NCBI GenBank assembly: GCA_965262115.1
Contig: OZ253496.1
Location: 320,001-384,000, forward strand
DNA length: 64,000 nt
Source: Nitrospinales bacterium
Lineage (GTDB): Bacteria > Nitrospinota > Nitrospinia > Nitrospinales > VA-1
Reading direction: 5' to 3'
Of the stretch, positions 63,492 through 64,000 are shown piece by piece. Each line of letters begins with the position of its first letter. Within the stretch, counting starts at the first letter, position 1. Below the pieces are notes generated by a model. The model saw nothing but the letters and a program-made list of their open reading frames with translations, had not been told where the DNA came from and made no database searches. The translations under genes were made by a program, and so were the position numbers.

Positions 63492-64000
63492 GCGTGATTT
63501 CCTTTTATAAAATTTCCCAACAACTCCTTTCCACATGCGGTCAAAATGGATTCAGGATGAAACTGCACGCCTTCTACAGCGAGTTCTTTATGGCGGATTC
63601 CCATGATTTCGTTGTCATCGCTCTCCGCAGAGATTTCAAAGCAGTCCGGCAGATTATCCCGATTCAAAACCAGGGAGTGATAGCGGGTCGCCTCAAACGG
63701 ATCGGGAAGGTCTTTAAATATTGTTTTGCCATCGTGGCGGATCATGGAAGTCTTACCATGCATCAGGCGCCCGGCCTTGATGATTTCACCGCCAAATGCC
63801 TGACCCACCGACTGGTGCCCAAGGCAAACTCCCAGAATCGGGATTTTCCCGGAAAAATGTTGGATCACTTCCACCGATATCCCGGCTTTGTCCGGAGTGC
63901 AGGGACCGGGAGATATAACTATCTTTTCTGGATTCAACGCCTCGATTTCCGAAAGGCTTATCTTATCGTTTCTATCCACACGTATTTCGGCACCCAACTC
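63488..64000 (-). CDS. trpG: anthranilate synthase component II (5' end off the window)
   Basis: ISPGPC, GVCLGHQ, RYHSL, QFHPES. Confidence 0.95.
   Translation of the reverse strand, partial: ELGAEIRVDRNDKISLSEIEALNPEKIVISPGPCTPDKAGISVEVIQHFSGKIPILGVCLGHQSVGQAFGGEIIKAGRLMHGKTSMIRHDGKTIFKDLPDPFEATRYHSLVLNRDNLPDCFEISAESDDNEIMGIRHKELAVEGVQFHPESILTACGKELLGNFIKGNHA

Overview
Bacterial chromosomal window. Gene content (cytochrome c554-like protein, twin Mrp/ApbC cluster, FGE-family and secreted LRR proteins) resembles a Nitrospinota-type chemolithotroph; this is inference, and no marker search was run. The backbone is intact housekeeping: lpdA (partial), sppA, TRAP permeases, ogt-recO-ridA, ugd, queA, ihfA, ftsB-eno-hemL-mtnP, leuB-asd, truA, a HelD-like helicase, parC-parE, dprA-topA-trmFO, proA and trpG(partial)DCFBA. 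The main discovery is a tightly coupled six-gene island at 25777-32810 that the ORF track shows only as fragments: ParB-like, PD-(D/E)xK nuclease-like, SNF2 helicase, second ParB-like, B12-type radical SAM and MORC/GHKL ATPase. It looks like a restriction-modification-like defence system with a radical-SAM enzyme in place of a conventional methyltransferase, and its four inner genes carry four nonsense codons and two frameshifts. Other notable items: a modular intergenic repeat family at five loci; a DUF4062+DUF559 cassette bracketed by three palindromic repeats and a 45-bp direct repeat; a 756-aa coiled coil with a 31-residue period; a TolC-like protein apparently lacking barrel strands; and several decayed accessory genes. 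No tRNA, rRNA or CRISPR array was recognised.
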